A stretch of 64,000 nt of DNA from positions 36,959,650-37,023,649 of the forward strand of contig JASCQW010000112.1 of NCBI GenBank assembly GCA_030264375.1. The letters run 5' to 3'. A program made the position numbers and the translations under genes. Numbering within the stretch: position 1 is the first letter of the stretch; each line of letters begins with the position of its first letter. Of the stretch, positions 39,396 through 52,115 are shown one piece after another. This DNA is from Carcharhinus longimanus (Eukaryota). The notes below the pieces were generated by a model, which was not told where the DNA came from, did not search any database, and worked only from the letters and a program-made list of their open reading frames with translations.

Positions 39396-40951
39396 CATAG
39401 ATTCCTACAGTGCAGAGGCCATTCGGCCCATTGAGTTTGCACTGACTCGAACAGAGTATCTTCTCTAGGCCCTCGCTCCTACCCAATCCCTGTAACCCCA
39501 CACATTTCCCATGGGTAATGGGACACTGAGGGAGAATTTAGCATATTGGCTCTATTCTCTCCCCATAGATGCTGTCAGATCTGCTGACATTTTCCAGCAT
39601 TTTCTGTTTTTGTTTCAGATTCCAGCATCTGCAATATTTTGTCTTTTATATGAAGGGCTGATAATATGTGCAAGCCATGAAATACGGGTGATAAGCTTGC
39701 ACCATTGTTAAGTGAGTGAAGGCGAGATGCAGCACGAATGTTATCCCGATTGATAGAGATCATTTGATTGTGAGTGATGGGGCTGTGGTGCATTGAGTAA
39801 TATCAGAGGCTAGTGGTGCAGTTGGTAGGATATGGCATTTGAAGAGGAACTAAATTACCATGGCCACTTGGGTGATGTTACTGATAACTGGGTGCAAAGC
39901 TGCAAAGTATCTCTCAGCATTGACAGTCACAGCTACCTTTNNNNNNNNNNNNNNNNNNNNNNNNNNNNNNNNNNNNNNNNNNNNNNNNNNNNNNNNNNNN
40001 NNNNNNNNNNNNNNNNNNNNNNNNNNNNNNNNNNNNNNNNNNNNNNNNNNNNNNNNNNNNNNNNNNNNNNNNNNNNNNNNNNNNNNNNNNNNNNNNNNNN
40101 NNNNNNNNNNNNNNNNNNNNNNNNNNNNNNNNNNNNNNNNNNNNNNNNNNNNNNNNNNNNNNNNNNNNNNNNNNNNNNNNNNNNNNNNNNNNNNNNNNNN
40201 NNNNNNNNNNNNNNNNNNNNNNNNNNNNNNNNNNNNNNNNNNNNNNNNNNNNNNNNNNNNNNNNNNNNNNNNNNNNNNNNNNNNNNNNNNNNNNNNNNNN
40301 NNNNNNNNNNNNNNNNNNNNNNNNNNNNNNNNNNNNNNNNNNNNNNNNNNNNNNNNNNNNNNNNNNNNNNNNNNNNNNNNNNNNNNNNNNNNNNNNNNNN
40401 NNNNNNNNNNNNNNNNNNNNNNNNNNNNNNNNNNNNNNNNNNNNNNNNNNNNNNNNNNNNNNNNNNNNNNNNNGGCCTGGATGGGAGTGTGGTTGGTGCA
40501 GACTCAATGGGCCAAATGGCCTCTTTCTGTACTGTAGTGTTTCTATGATGTAAAAAACAAAACTATGATCTGTTGCACGTAAGAATCATGATAATGAGCA
40601 GGCAGCCCAAATTTGGTGTTTAACAGGCACAGGATAATCGCTCATCCTGAACCCCATGCCCGTTTTCGGGAGTGGCTAAATTAGTCCTCTATTGTACTGT
40701 ACGAGCGAGGAGAGAATATTATCTCCAAAGTTTGAATGTGTATAGTTATAGGATACTACCAAATTAAATGGATTAACTGACCAAATATTGAACCTTTTGG
40801 CCACAGATTACAGTACATTGCTGAAATGAATCAACATCTATCAGTAATGCATACTGTTCATTACTAAGCATTCCACTGAATAGTTTACTTTTGTTAACTG
40901 AGAAATGGTTGTTGCAGTAATAGAACAGGTATTTTGAAATACAGTACTTAC

Positions 40952-41099
40952 ATGCCTGTGTTTTTGATAATACGACCTTGGTCCATTTTTTGTCCTATTC
41001 CATGTACAACAAAGACAATGTGCGTAGGAAGTGGAGGTTTGTCTTCAAGTGAAGACTCTTCTACATATCCTCTGTGAAGTCTAGTTCCGCTGCTTGATG
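40952..41099 (-). CDS. DDHD1: DDHD1 exon 4 (148 nt, phase 1-2)
   Basis: aatgcag|CA...GGCAT|gtaagt; ASSSGTRLHRGYVEESSLEDKPPLPTHIVFVVHGIGQKMDQGRIIKNTGM. Confidence 0.96.
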
Positions 41100-41409
41100 C
41101 TGCATTGACAAAAAAGTAGACAATATTTGTGCACACAAAATATAAAACAATATATAAATCTAAGAAGCATAACATGGAAAACATCAAGCAGTCACACACC
41201 ATCAACTACAAAGCTGCACAGTAGCTGTAAGTTTTTAAACTGGTAAAGTTACTCAACAAAAAATTAAATAGAAATATAGCCAACTAAACACAAGTTTGGG
41301 TGGGATAAGAAATTGCAAAATAAAGATGTCACTAACGGGAGCAGTTTATAGCCCCAACCCCCACCAGTAGCTACACAGTAGGAGAGAATATACATCAAGA
41401 AATAATTAG

Positions 41410-43520
41410 GGTTTGCAAGAAAGGTGCTGCAACAATTGTGACTTTGACCTTTACATCGATTGGGCAAGTCAATTTGGCAATGGTGGCCTGGAGTATGAGC
41501 TTTCTGGACAGTTTCTTGGAATAGTATGTTCTAGAACTGACCAGGTTAGTTTGGATCCGGTAATGTGCAATACAGCAGGATTAATTAAGGACCTCATAGT
41601 AAAGGCTCCTCTAGGCAACAATGACCATAACATGAGAAGGAGAAATGTGGATCCATAATTAGTGTCTTAACTTAAACAAAAGGCAATTACCGTGGCATGA
41701 AGGCAGAGTTGGCTAAAATGGATTAGGAATATAGGTTAAAGGACAAGATCTTGGTGAAGCAGTGGCAGATGTTTAAGAAAATATTGCACAACTTTCAACA
41801 ATTATATCTTTCACTAAGGAAGAAAGAGTCCTCTACCATTTGTGGCTAATCAGGAGAGGCATCAAATGCAAAGAGAAGGCATACAATGCTACAAATAATA
41901 TTGACTGGGCAGAGGATTAGGAAATGTTTAGAAACTGAAGGATATCAAAAAAACAGAAATTGAAGTTTGAGAGAAAACTAGCAAGAAATATAAAACAGGC
42001 CATAAATGCTTCTACAAATACATGAAAAGGCAAGAGAGTAACCAAAATGAGTACTGGTGTTTTAGCTAGCGAGACTGGGGAATAATAATGGGAAAAGAGG
42101 AAATGGCAGACTTTGGACAAGAATTTTGTATCTGCCTTCACAGTAGAAGACACAAAAAGCATCCCAAAAATATTAGAAAATCAAGAGGAAAAAGGAAGTG
42201 AGGAACTAAGAACAATAATTATCACCAGAAAAAAGATTTACACAAAATGAGAATAAATGCTACAAGTCCCTGGACTGGATGGCCTGTATCCTATGTCTTA
42301 AAAGAAATGGGTGAAATGATAGATAGTGGAAGCATTGGTAGCAATCATGGGGAGACAGTGGTACGTTAGATGAGCAATCCAGAGGCCAGGGCAATATTCT
42401 GGGAACAAATCGCACCACAGCGACTGGTGGAATTTGAATTCAATTAATAAAGCTAGTCTCAGTCACATTAACCAAGAAACTATCATCAATTGTTGTAAAA
42501 TCCCATATGGATCACTACTGCCCTTTAGGGAAGGAAGTTCATACCTGGTCTAGCCTATATTTGGCTCCAGATCCACAGCAAAGCTATTGACTCTTAACTG
42601 CCCTCTGAGATGGTGTGCCAAGCCACTCAGTTCAAGGGCAGTTAAGATAGGTAACAAATGTTGGACTTGACAGCAATGCCCACATCCCAGAACAGAATAA
42701 GAATAAGTAATTTTCCAAAGTTCTCTAGACGTGGAAAAGAGCCCAACAGATTAGAAAACACTTCTGTTCAAGAAAATAGGAAAACAGAAAAATATAACTT
42801 AAGTTCGCCTGCTTGTTATTAATGAGATCCTAAACTATGATTAGAAAATCATAATTAATGATTAGGAAATCTTTATACAATATGACAGAGTAATGGTTTT
42901 ATGAAAAGGAAATTGTGTTCGACAAACTTATTAAAGTTCCTTGACGATATAATACACAGGGTGGATAAAGAGGAACCAGCGGATGCAGTACATTTGGATT
43001 TCCAAAAGGTACAAAGCGCCATGTAAAAAGTAAGATGAGGACATAGTGTTGGGGTGACATACTAACATGGAAAGGCGACTGGCTAATGAATAAGAAACAG
43101 AGTTGGAATAAATAGGTCATTTTCAGGATGGCAGACTGTAACTAGTACAGTGCAATAGCCTCAAATATTTACAATCTATATTAATGATTTATATGAAGGG
43201 ATTGGTTCTATTGTAGCCAAATTCTCAGCGGATACAAAGTAGTAAAGTAAGATACAAGGATGGTAAGAAGTGTCCAGAGGGATTTATAAATAGGTTAAGT
43301 GAATGGGCAAAAAATTGGCAGATGGAGTATAATGTGGGTAATGAGTGTTTGTCCACTTAGCAAGAAGAATAGAAAAGCACAGTTTTTTTTTTAAATGGAG
43401 AGAGACTGCAGAATGTGGCATGAGAGGGACCTAGGTGTCCTTGTACATGGATTGAAAAAAGTAAGCACACATGTACAGCAAATAAATAAGAAAATGAATG
43501 GAATGTTGACCTTTATTGCA
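41410..43520 (+). mobile_element. Decayed CR1 ORF2 (EN-RT) with a nested repeat at about 42345-42700
   Basis: APLGNNDHNM, SPGLDGLYP, YLDFQK-like and ERDLGVLVH motifs. Confidence 0.85.
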
Positions 43521-44136
43521 AGGGGGGAAAAATGGAGATCAACAGATGAGCTTCTCAAACGTCTCCATCAGTGTCACTCTGAACTGCTACAAGGCCATCT
43601 GCAAGAACAGATTTTCAATGAATCTGGTCATAACTTTTTCTGGTTGACTAATCTGTATTCACTGATGGAGGTGCGCAGTTTGGAAGGTGTGAATTAAGGT
43701 ACTGCAATCCACACCAAACTGGGCAGCTGAATCTGGCAACAACAAAGGTGACAAACTCACCCAGCAATTAAGTTTCACAACTTACATTTGAAAAACGATG
43801 CAGCATCAGTGGAAAACCTATTTTGGGAATACTGTCTAACGTTGTGTCAATTTTACAGGTACTGTTTGACTCAGGCTCCTGCTTATAACACACTTGATGA
43901 AAACATTGACTGTGACTAGGGGTTGTGAAATAGCCACTGTCATGCAATCCCATTCCTCTCTCAAAATAAAAATCAAACTTACATTTTCCAACTCATAATC
44001 CTTTAAAAAGTATCTTTAGAAATGAAATTACCATTGTGTAGGCAAGCTTAACTTATTCAACTTGCTTTCAAAAAATTCAGGTCAACATTAACATAAAGCA
44101 ATTAATAAAGCCAAATGTTTTTTGACCAAACTGTAC

Positions 44137-44265
44137 CTTTGGAAAATCCCAATTTCTGGGTAACTGTCCTCGCAATTTTGGATGTGGTGGCATCACTGTA
44201 CAGATAGACCTCATCCACGCTGTACCAGTCCACATGGTTACGGCTGAGCTTTAAACTGTGTATAG
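44137..44265 (-). CDS. DDHD1: DDHD1 exon 3 (129 nt, phase 1-1)
   Basis: gtcacag|CT...AAAG|gtacag; AIHSLKLSRNHVDWYSVDEVYLYSDATTSKIARTVTQKLGFSK. Confidence 0.96.
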
Positions 44266-45369
44266 CTGTGACCCAGAGACATATTTCAAATATTAATAAA
44301 ACACAGTACACAGATTGGTCTGCTGTTTGTAAAGACTTGTAAAACTTAACTTTGAATTGTGAAAAAGTGGTCAAAGTGCATGCAGTGATTAAGGGACAAT
44401 CCAAACCTAGAGATTTATTAGTAAATACAGACAAGAGGAAACACTTCATGAACTGTTAAATGCTTCCAAGTTTCTTGCACAATAAAACTTCTTTGCCCTT
44501 CAGTGGTTTCTCTGACAGGTGGGAGGTTAAGAGAGACATACCGTCAGAACCACGTAATCTCCCCTCTACATAGAGTTCAGATTGTCAATACACTTGGACG
44601 TGGCAAGATAGCAAACAATTTGTATCCAAGACAAACAAGTCTTTTTCAGTAATATACAGGAGGTAATGAATACGGTGCAAGTCTCAAGTTACTAATGATA
44701 ACTTGTGCAATGGAAGTACTTTTTAGTAAACAATGGCAGAATTGTTCAATTCTGCTAAAGTCTTCATAGCAGCATAAAATCACTCTCTGCTTATTCATTT
44801 TAAACTATAAACCAATTAAACCTCATCAGCCATAAATGATTTCTATTCTAATAGGACCAGCAATATTAAGCGACCAATTATAAGCAGTCCTGGTTGAACA
44901 GTTCATGATGTGTAACTCTCTGTTTAAGGAATCTATCTTGCTAGTTCTGTAATACTATTTATCATTGCTACAAGATTCCTAGTGGAGCCATGCACTAAAA
45001 GCAAACGGCATGGCCTGGATTTTCTGGTCGCACCCACAGCGGGACCAGAAATTCCCGCCCAAAGTCAACAGACTTTTGGCTGGTCCGTCAAATTTTCTGT
45101 CCCACCCACGACGATTACTGCAGGTAGGAACAGAAAATCATGGTATTAACCTAGATGCCAGGCACAATTTCTTAAAGGTTGCAACTGAAGCACATAATAA
45201 TGAACATAGACAGCAGGTTTTCTATGGGCAGAGCATTGATGGGAGGGTAGGGAAATAATATCAAATTCAAGAACAGTCTTACTTTGGTTCAGGAGGAGAG
45301 GAGTTTAAATGCTACTTGAAAAGCTCTTCTAACCAATAGCAAAGCTGTACAGAGTAATCTATACTATAC

Positions 45370-45420
45370 CTTGGCAACGCTTTCTTTTGTTACATGCAGT
45401 GGCTGTACTTTCTTTATATC
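45370..45420 (-). CDS. Candidate 51-nt DDHD1 cassette exon in intron 2 (GYKESTATACNKRKRCQ)
   Basis: Long polypyrimidine tract, then gag|GATAT...GCCAAG|gtatag; phase 1-1, no stop. Confidence 0.42.
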
Positions 45421-46168
45421 CTCTCCATTTGAACAGAAAGGGAAGGTAGAAGGGAGGGAGTTGTTGGAAAACTAACAAAGCAAAAAAAGTGAACTTCATG
45501 GATTTTGTGATCATTCAACTGATCTTCAGAATAAGGTCTCAAAATCAAAATACATTCTAGGCTTTCCAACTAAAAGGTTCTCTGATGTTTACCCACATCA
45601 AATTGGTGCACTCATAATTCTAAATTATTTCTAACAAAGTGAGTGGAAAGTTAAGTACAAATTACATCTTACCTACAAAGACAGAATACAATTTGACATT
45701 TGCTGCATGATCTAATGGAGTTTTATGTTCATACTAGGGTTGTCATATTAATGTTTCAACTATGCAATTTCCAGGTTACCAGCAACTGTCCAGACACTAG
45801 TTCCTTGAGAAATCACACAGTTGTTTTTGGCAGAGTTCCGTTGGTCTCTACGTTTGACAATAAAGTGCAGTCAGGTATCATATAATCAGCACAGCAATAG
45901 CCAAAATGTAATAATACATCAGTTTAGTTTTTATTTAAAGACATCGCAACAGCATACCATTGCCCCATCTACTGAAAAGCAGAATGAGCAACAAAAAAGT
46001 TATTAAAAGTGTTACAGGAATCACTAATCTTTTCCATTAGAATATTTTATATCAGGTTATCCACAAGAACCAATTGCACATTTCTTCCCTTCATTTTCAC
46101 CAGTAGCCAGGCTTACTCACATCAGGTTAGCTGACATTTTATGATACCAAATGCACTATCTACTCATG

Positions 46169-46510
46169 ACGAGAGGTCAAATGACGCCAGGTTATAGTCC
46201 AACAGGTTTATGTGAAATCATAAGCTTTTGAAATGCTGCTCCTTTGTCAGGTGAAGTGGAGACAGGTGGGCAGGCACAGAATATATAAGCGGAGTGACAA
46301 TAACCCAGTACTCACCGACATTTAGGAGTGTCGGACTATCGTCATTCCGCTTATATATTTTGTGTCTGCGCACCTCTCTCCTACTTCATCTGACGAAGGA
46401 GCAGCAATCTGAAAGCTTGTGGTTTCAAATAAACTGTTGGACAATAACCTGGTGTTGTGTGACCTCTCATATTGTCCACCCCCAGTCAAACACTGGCATC
46501 TCCATCTCAT
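46169..46510 (+). mobile_element. Foldback Penelope-derived non-autonomous element with 12-bp TSD
   Basis: Imperfect inverted arms spanning 46171-46468; TATCTACTCATG at 46157-46168 and 46511-46522. Confidence 0.8.
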
Positions 46511-47559
46511 TATCTACTCATGTTAGAGATAAGAATTTACAGTTTTAGAAAAAAACAAATCAGGCTCCAGCAACTAGCAGTCAGCATTGCATTGGTCATT
46601 AATGAAAAATAACAACTCAATTTCTCAATATCTCAAATCCTACGATTCCAGGAATGTAGGGCAAAATCACAAGGGAGAAAATGATAGTTCTATCTACATC
46701 TGGTGCTTCTTTTCCTCATGTTCCCTTTGGAGAATCATGGAATTAACTCCAGGATGCTTTAGTCTTATTTGTAAAATACAATGAAGTTTCATGCAGCACA
46801 CAAGTGAATAATTATTGGCATTAGTGATAGATAAATTGGGTGAAAAACGTGGAAATTAAAGGCTAAATTAAATAGTTGGATACATCACATACACTTGGAG
46901 TGTAACCAAAATGTATTATGCTAGTCAGTTGTTATCAAGGAACATAACTAAATACTCAAAGCTTTATTCAGTGACTATTAGCTGCCAACTAAAGTGAGCA
47001 AGACATTTGAAAATTTTTATACTGATCTTATGAGTCAGTTAGATAGGATTCAACCTACCAATAGGTTGGGTACAGAATGATAGTCAATAGTGTATTCAAT
47101 TGAACCTCCCATGTGATTCAGATGAATGAAAACCTGAAGATAACGGTGCTATTAAATATTTGTATATCAATATCCTACAATTAAGAGCTGTGATGCATTT
47201 TGCTGTGCTCAAGATTCTTCACAAACCACCTTCTCCCAATTTTCTTCCCTTGCTCTTGAAAAATGCCATTTACTACCTGCTAATATCGCAACCAAATGAC
47301 TAGTCTTTATAGGCGACTCGATGGGCTAGTACAGCATTACATCTGAACATAGGTCCACTGACACTATTTGAAGCATCCCTATCAAAACTGCAAGAAATCA
47401 AGCAATATAGCACAGAGGAATAGATTCTCTATCTTTTCTGACTGTGTGCTTTAGGTCCACATTGGATACTGTGCTTGACAATAAATACTGATTATATTTA
47501 ATGCCTACAACAAAGCTGCTATTATCCGTATAGCTCTTCAATTCTCCAAGGTAACTTGG

Positions 47560-48200
47560 TTAGCACACTAGTTGGCACTGCTGCCTCATAGCACCAGGGC
47601 ACTGGGTTCAATTCTGGCCTTGGGCGACTCTGTGCAGTTTGCATGTTCTCTCTGTTCCTGCATGGGTTTCCTCCAGGTGCTTTAATTTCCTCCCACAGTA
47701 CCAAGATGTGCAAGTTAGATGGATTGACCATGCTAAATTGCCCTCTGCTAAATTTGTGCAAAGATGTATCGATTAGGTGAATTAACCAGGATAAATGTGT
47801 TGAGTTACAGGGATAGTCACAGGGATGTTTCTTGATTTTCAGAAGGCGTTTGATAAGGTGCCTCACAAGAGGTTATTACAGAAGGTCAGGGGGCATGGAG
47901 TTNNNNNNNNNNNNNNNNNNNNNNNNNNNNNNNNNNNNNNNNNNNNNNNNNNNNNNNNNNNNNNNNNNNNNNNNNNNNNNNNNNNNNNNNNNNNNNNNNN
48001 NNAGGGCGGGAATGTGGAACTGAGCCACGACAGATCAGCCATGATCCTATTGAATGGCGGGGCAGGCTCGAGGGGCTAGATGGCCTACTCCTGCTCCTAT
48101 TTCTTATGTTCTTATGATAGGACAGAGGGGAGAGCCTAGGAAAAGTCGGTGCAGACTCAATGGACCAATTGGCTTCTTTCTGCACTGATTACGTGGTTCT
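47560..48200 (+). mobile_element. HE1-like SINE with a nested truncated CR1 (about 47822-48115)
   Basis: FLDFQKAFDKVPHKRLLQKV and a tcttatgttcttatg tail lie inside the SINE body. Confidence 0.85.
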
Positions 48201-48726
48201 ATTCTCTTAAAAATGGTTTCAGGCCTGGCTTATATATCAATGGATTTGGCCAAAACTAAACTCCCTTATGTAAGAGAAACAAAAGTTAAACAATGAGTAT
48301 GTTTTCAGCTGCAGTGATCATAACCAAATTAACATTTTGCTTTGTAAAATATGTATTTTGTTTCAAAGCCAAAATTCTGTGCAAATTTGTAAAACAAATT
48401 TAACCGATGGCATGCAGAATTATTCAGAAAACTTTTAAAAGAAACAGCCACGGGGTCCTCCCTGGTTACCAAAGATAAACTGTTCATTTCAAAAATTACA
48501 CAATAGGATGATTAAGAAAACGAAGCTTTTAAAATATTTAAAATAACTTAACAAGCTGATTAAAGCTATTACTGTGCTGATCATTTGAAGTTCATTCTTA
48601 TTCAGGTGAATATAAGTTAAATAAATGGAGACAACCTAGTCTTCCATATTAAAATATAATACCCAAAATTTAAAGATAAATTGTACTTGCTTAAGTTTTC
48701 AAATTACAGAAAAATCTCCCTCCCAC

Positions 48727-48750
48727 CTTTAAAAGATAGTTGATGACAGA
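48727..48750 (-). CDS. Candidate 24-nt DDHD1 microexon in intron 2 (VCHQLSFK)
   Basis: gtttgcatgcacatcgctag|TCTGTCATCAACTATCTTTTAAAG|gtggga; phase 1-1, no stop, TGCATG motifs nearby. Confidence 0.5.
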
Positions 48751-49139
48751 CTAGCGATGTGCATGCAAACAGCCAGACAAAACAAATGAAGCATTTTCAC
48801 AGCATAATTTCACCAACTATCATGCATATCTATTGACAATTTTTAAGGTTTGGTTCATGTTGTGTCCATCTTATACTTAAGCACATTTCTTCAATTATGC
48901 AGAACAGCTGTGTCATGACAGTGTCATTTGCAGAACAGCGACTACTTAATCCACGTCATGCTGCATTTGCACTGCATAGCTTTATTATAATAAATCTAAA
49001 ACATATTCAAAACAATTGATGGATTCAGTGAACAAAATGAGGAATTCTTCTGTCTTTAACTATGGCAGAAATTGCAAAATCTATGAATGGCAAACTTTTC
49101 CATGCAATTGACTACAGTAAGGTTAATTATCACACCGTT

Positions 49140-49782
49140 TGAGAAGCAAAGAGTGAGTATGAAAATGGACTAGCAGCTAACATAAAAGGGAATCTGAAGT
49201 CTTCTATAAACATATAAATAGCAAGGGGGCAGTAAAAAGATTGCTGGAGCCAATTAAGGATCTAAATTGAAATCCATGCATGGGACAAAGATAATAAACG
49301 AGCACTTTGTCTTTACCTAGAAAGAAGATGCTAGTAAAGGCATAGTCAGATGAGAGAAAATTTATAAAGAGGGCAATATTAGAAAGATTGGCTGATAAGT
49401 CACCAGGACCAGATGATGCATCCAAGGATAGGGAGGGAGGCATGGATGGATAGAAACAGCAGAGGCACTGGCCACAATTTTCAAATATTCCTTAGGGGCA
49501 TGGTAACAGAGGACTGGAAAATTTCAAATGTTACACTCTTGTTCAAAATAGGGTGCATGGATAAAGCCAGCAACTGCAGGCTAGTCAGTTTGATCATGGT
49601 AGCAGAAAAGCTTTCAGAAGCAATAATCCAGGATACAGTTAGTTGGATAAATGTGGATTAATTCAGAGAAGCCAATATGGATTTAAGGCAATAATATGTA
49701 ACCAACTTGGCTGAGTGTTTTGATGCGATAACAGAGTTGGTTCATAATGGTAATGTAGTTGACAAGGTGTAAGTGGACTTCT
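49140..49782 (+). mobile_element. Decayed CR1 RT fragment
   Basis: SPGPD..HPRI, EDWKISNVTLLFK, NCRLVSL. Confidence 0.8.
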
Positions 49783-52115
49783 GATAGAATTCTGACTATC
49801 CCTTTTATTTAGATGTCACTACGTTAGAGTCAAGCTATAATGACTTCAAATTTCCACTAAGTACATCAATAATACACAAATAAATGTGGACATCCACAAA
49901 GGTAAAGATGCCATCTCTGCTCTACTCCATTTTGTTTGCAAAATTTTCTTTTTGAATACAAGCCTTGACAAAAGTAGTGCTGAGAAGTTTTTTTTTAAAA
50001 ATGGTCAAATCACACAGCTACAACAACCTAAAAACATACCAGATTTTGAAATCTTCTGCGTTCAGGCAAGTGCTTCAGTTTAAAAAGTATTAAATCAGTA
50101 AAACAGAATCTATGCATTAGCACTTGTGATACAACCCCAAATCCAGCTTTTTATTGGGTGGGGGTGTCACTGATCTTTATGAAATTTAGAAAGGAACTCC
50201 CATATTGCCATTTTTCTAAACAGAAACACTGATTTCAATAAGTCACTTTGAAAAAAATGACTAAATCTGACTTACCCAATTCCACAGGACACTTTGAGTT
50301 GACGGTTAGGATTTAAACACTGAACATTTATTCCAGTGCACAGCTGATTTGATTCATTGGCTGGAGAATTCCGGCCTTTCATGCCCTACCGCCACCAGCA
50401 AGGACAGAGAATTTGGTGCTCAGTAAATCTCCGTTCAATGCAGCGGGACCAGAGAATCCTGCTGGTGTGAACGGCTGGAGAATCCCAAACATAACATTCT
50501 AGCTCACAGAAAGAATCCAAAAATAATTTTCCAGTCAAAAGAAACAGCAAAAACAAATTAAGGAGTTCCACGTGCCATTTCTTAAAGAGATGAAAAAATA
50601 GAACAGATGTTAGAAAAGCAGAAAAATAGAATGGATAGTTTGAAATATACTCTTTTCAAAAGAATTCTATATTTGAATGAAATTCAGCTAAAACTTAGTG
50701 AATTGAAACATTAATCGGCTGATTGCTTTACTTAGATTTTTTAAAAAAAAGTACAGGGCTGATGAGTTGAAGAATCCTTTTAATCAGAACTGAAAGGTTA
50801 TCAACCTGAAACATCAACTCTGTTTTTCTTCCCACAGATGACAACCTGCTTCGTATTTTCTGTTCTATGTTTTGTCTACTATAAGAAAGCAGCATACAAA
50901 TCAAGCCAACATAATATATATTGTTAATTCAGTCCAGATTTGGGGAAATTGAAGGAATATACATACTAAAGTCAGTGTAGAATGAAGGAGTGTCATTGTT
51001 ACTCTCCCAAGTGCTGTTACCACATGACTGGATGTGCAGCAGTGAGAATGAGCTTCTATAAGAAGGCAACAAGACTACCTATACAAGTGACTGATAGCAC
51101 TGAGTCAGAGAATATTTCTGCAGATCTAAATTCTTAACAATACTCATCAAAGGTCAATTATTTGTGATAATATTCCTTTACAAATAGAGCTCTGATGATG
51201 AGATTCTAGTAAATCAGTTATAGAAAATCAATGATGTAGAGCAAATAAAAGCACAAGTTTAATTTAAAAATCCCATTTCATCTTTATTCGTTTCATATTT
51301 TTAAAATTCTACTCTTGCAAACGTTCCATGTTATTCAAATATTTCTTTGGTGTGTGTGTGTTAACCTTTCTAGCATGTTGTACTAACCAAACTGAATCAA
51401 ATAAGTTTGCTTATTGGCTCAGTACTGACAAAGTTGCCTGAAAGTACATGAAATTCTGACACAACTGCTTCGAAAGAAGATAAGTAAAAACAAAATTGGA
51501 AGGATGGATAGGGAATGCAAGTTGTAATTTATTTTCTAATCTCAAAGGGCATTTTTCTGGATAATTACCAAAATATAAGAGGCAAGAAATGTTATTCTTC
51601 ATAAAATAAATATTAAAATAACTGTTACTGAATTCTAGACAGCATTGGAACACCATGGCCTTCAATTTTCCTTTTAAATCACACACTATCCTGATTGGAA
51701 CTACATCGTCATTCCTTCATCATCAATTGGTCATAATTCTGGAATTCCCTCCCTAACAGCGACCAGAGACCAAATGGACGACAACATTTCAAGGAGGCAG
51801 CTCACGCTGTTTGTTTCAAGGGGAGTGAGGGATGGACAATTAATGCTGATCTTAATTGTGATACCTACATTTTAAAAAGTTACTTCTATTGCCTTGCAAA
51901 GCTTTTAATGCCTTACATGAAAGGCATCAATTTCTTGCTTCATAATACATTCAGCAAAGGTCAGGGCTGCAATTCACAAACGTGAAATAATACGGCGTAC
52001 ACATAATAAATAACTATTGTGTATTCAAATAATAAGCAAGGCTGAAAACTTCCAGTCTCTCATTCAGAAACAGTGCACTGTGAAACTGAAATTATAATTA
52101 CCGGCTTTGTCTTAC

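Noticed and set aside
50276-50360. Strong minus-strand donor (TGG|gtaagt) in intron 2
   Set aside because: The acceptors checked give 44, 68 or 85 nt, all frameshifting, and the best one lies in a repeat end.
51021-51055. Possible 35-nt exon (cttcttatag|...|gtaaca)
   Set aside because: Frameshifting and has no other support.
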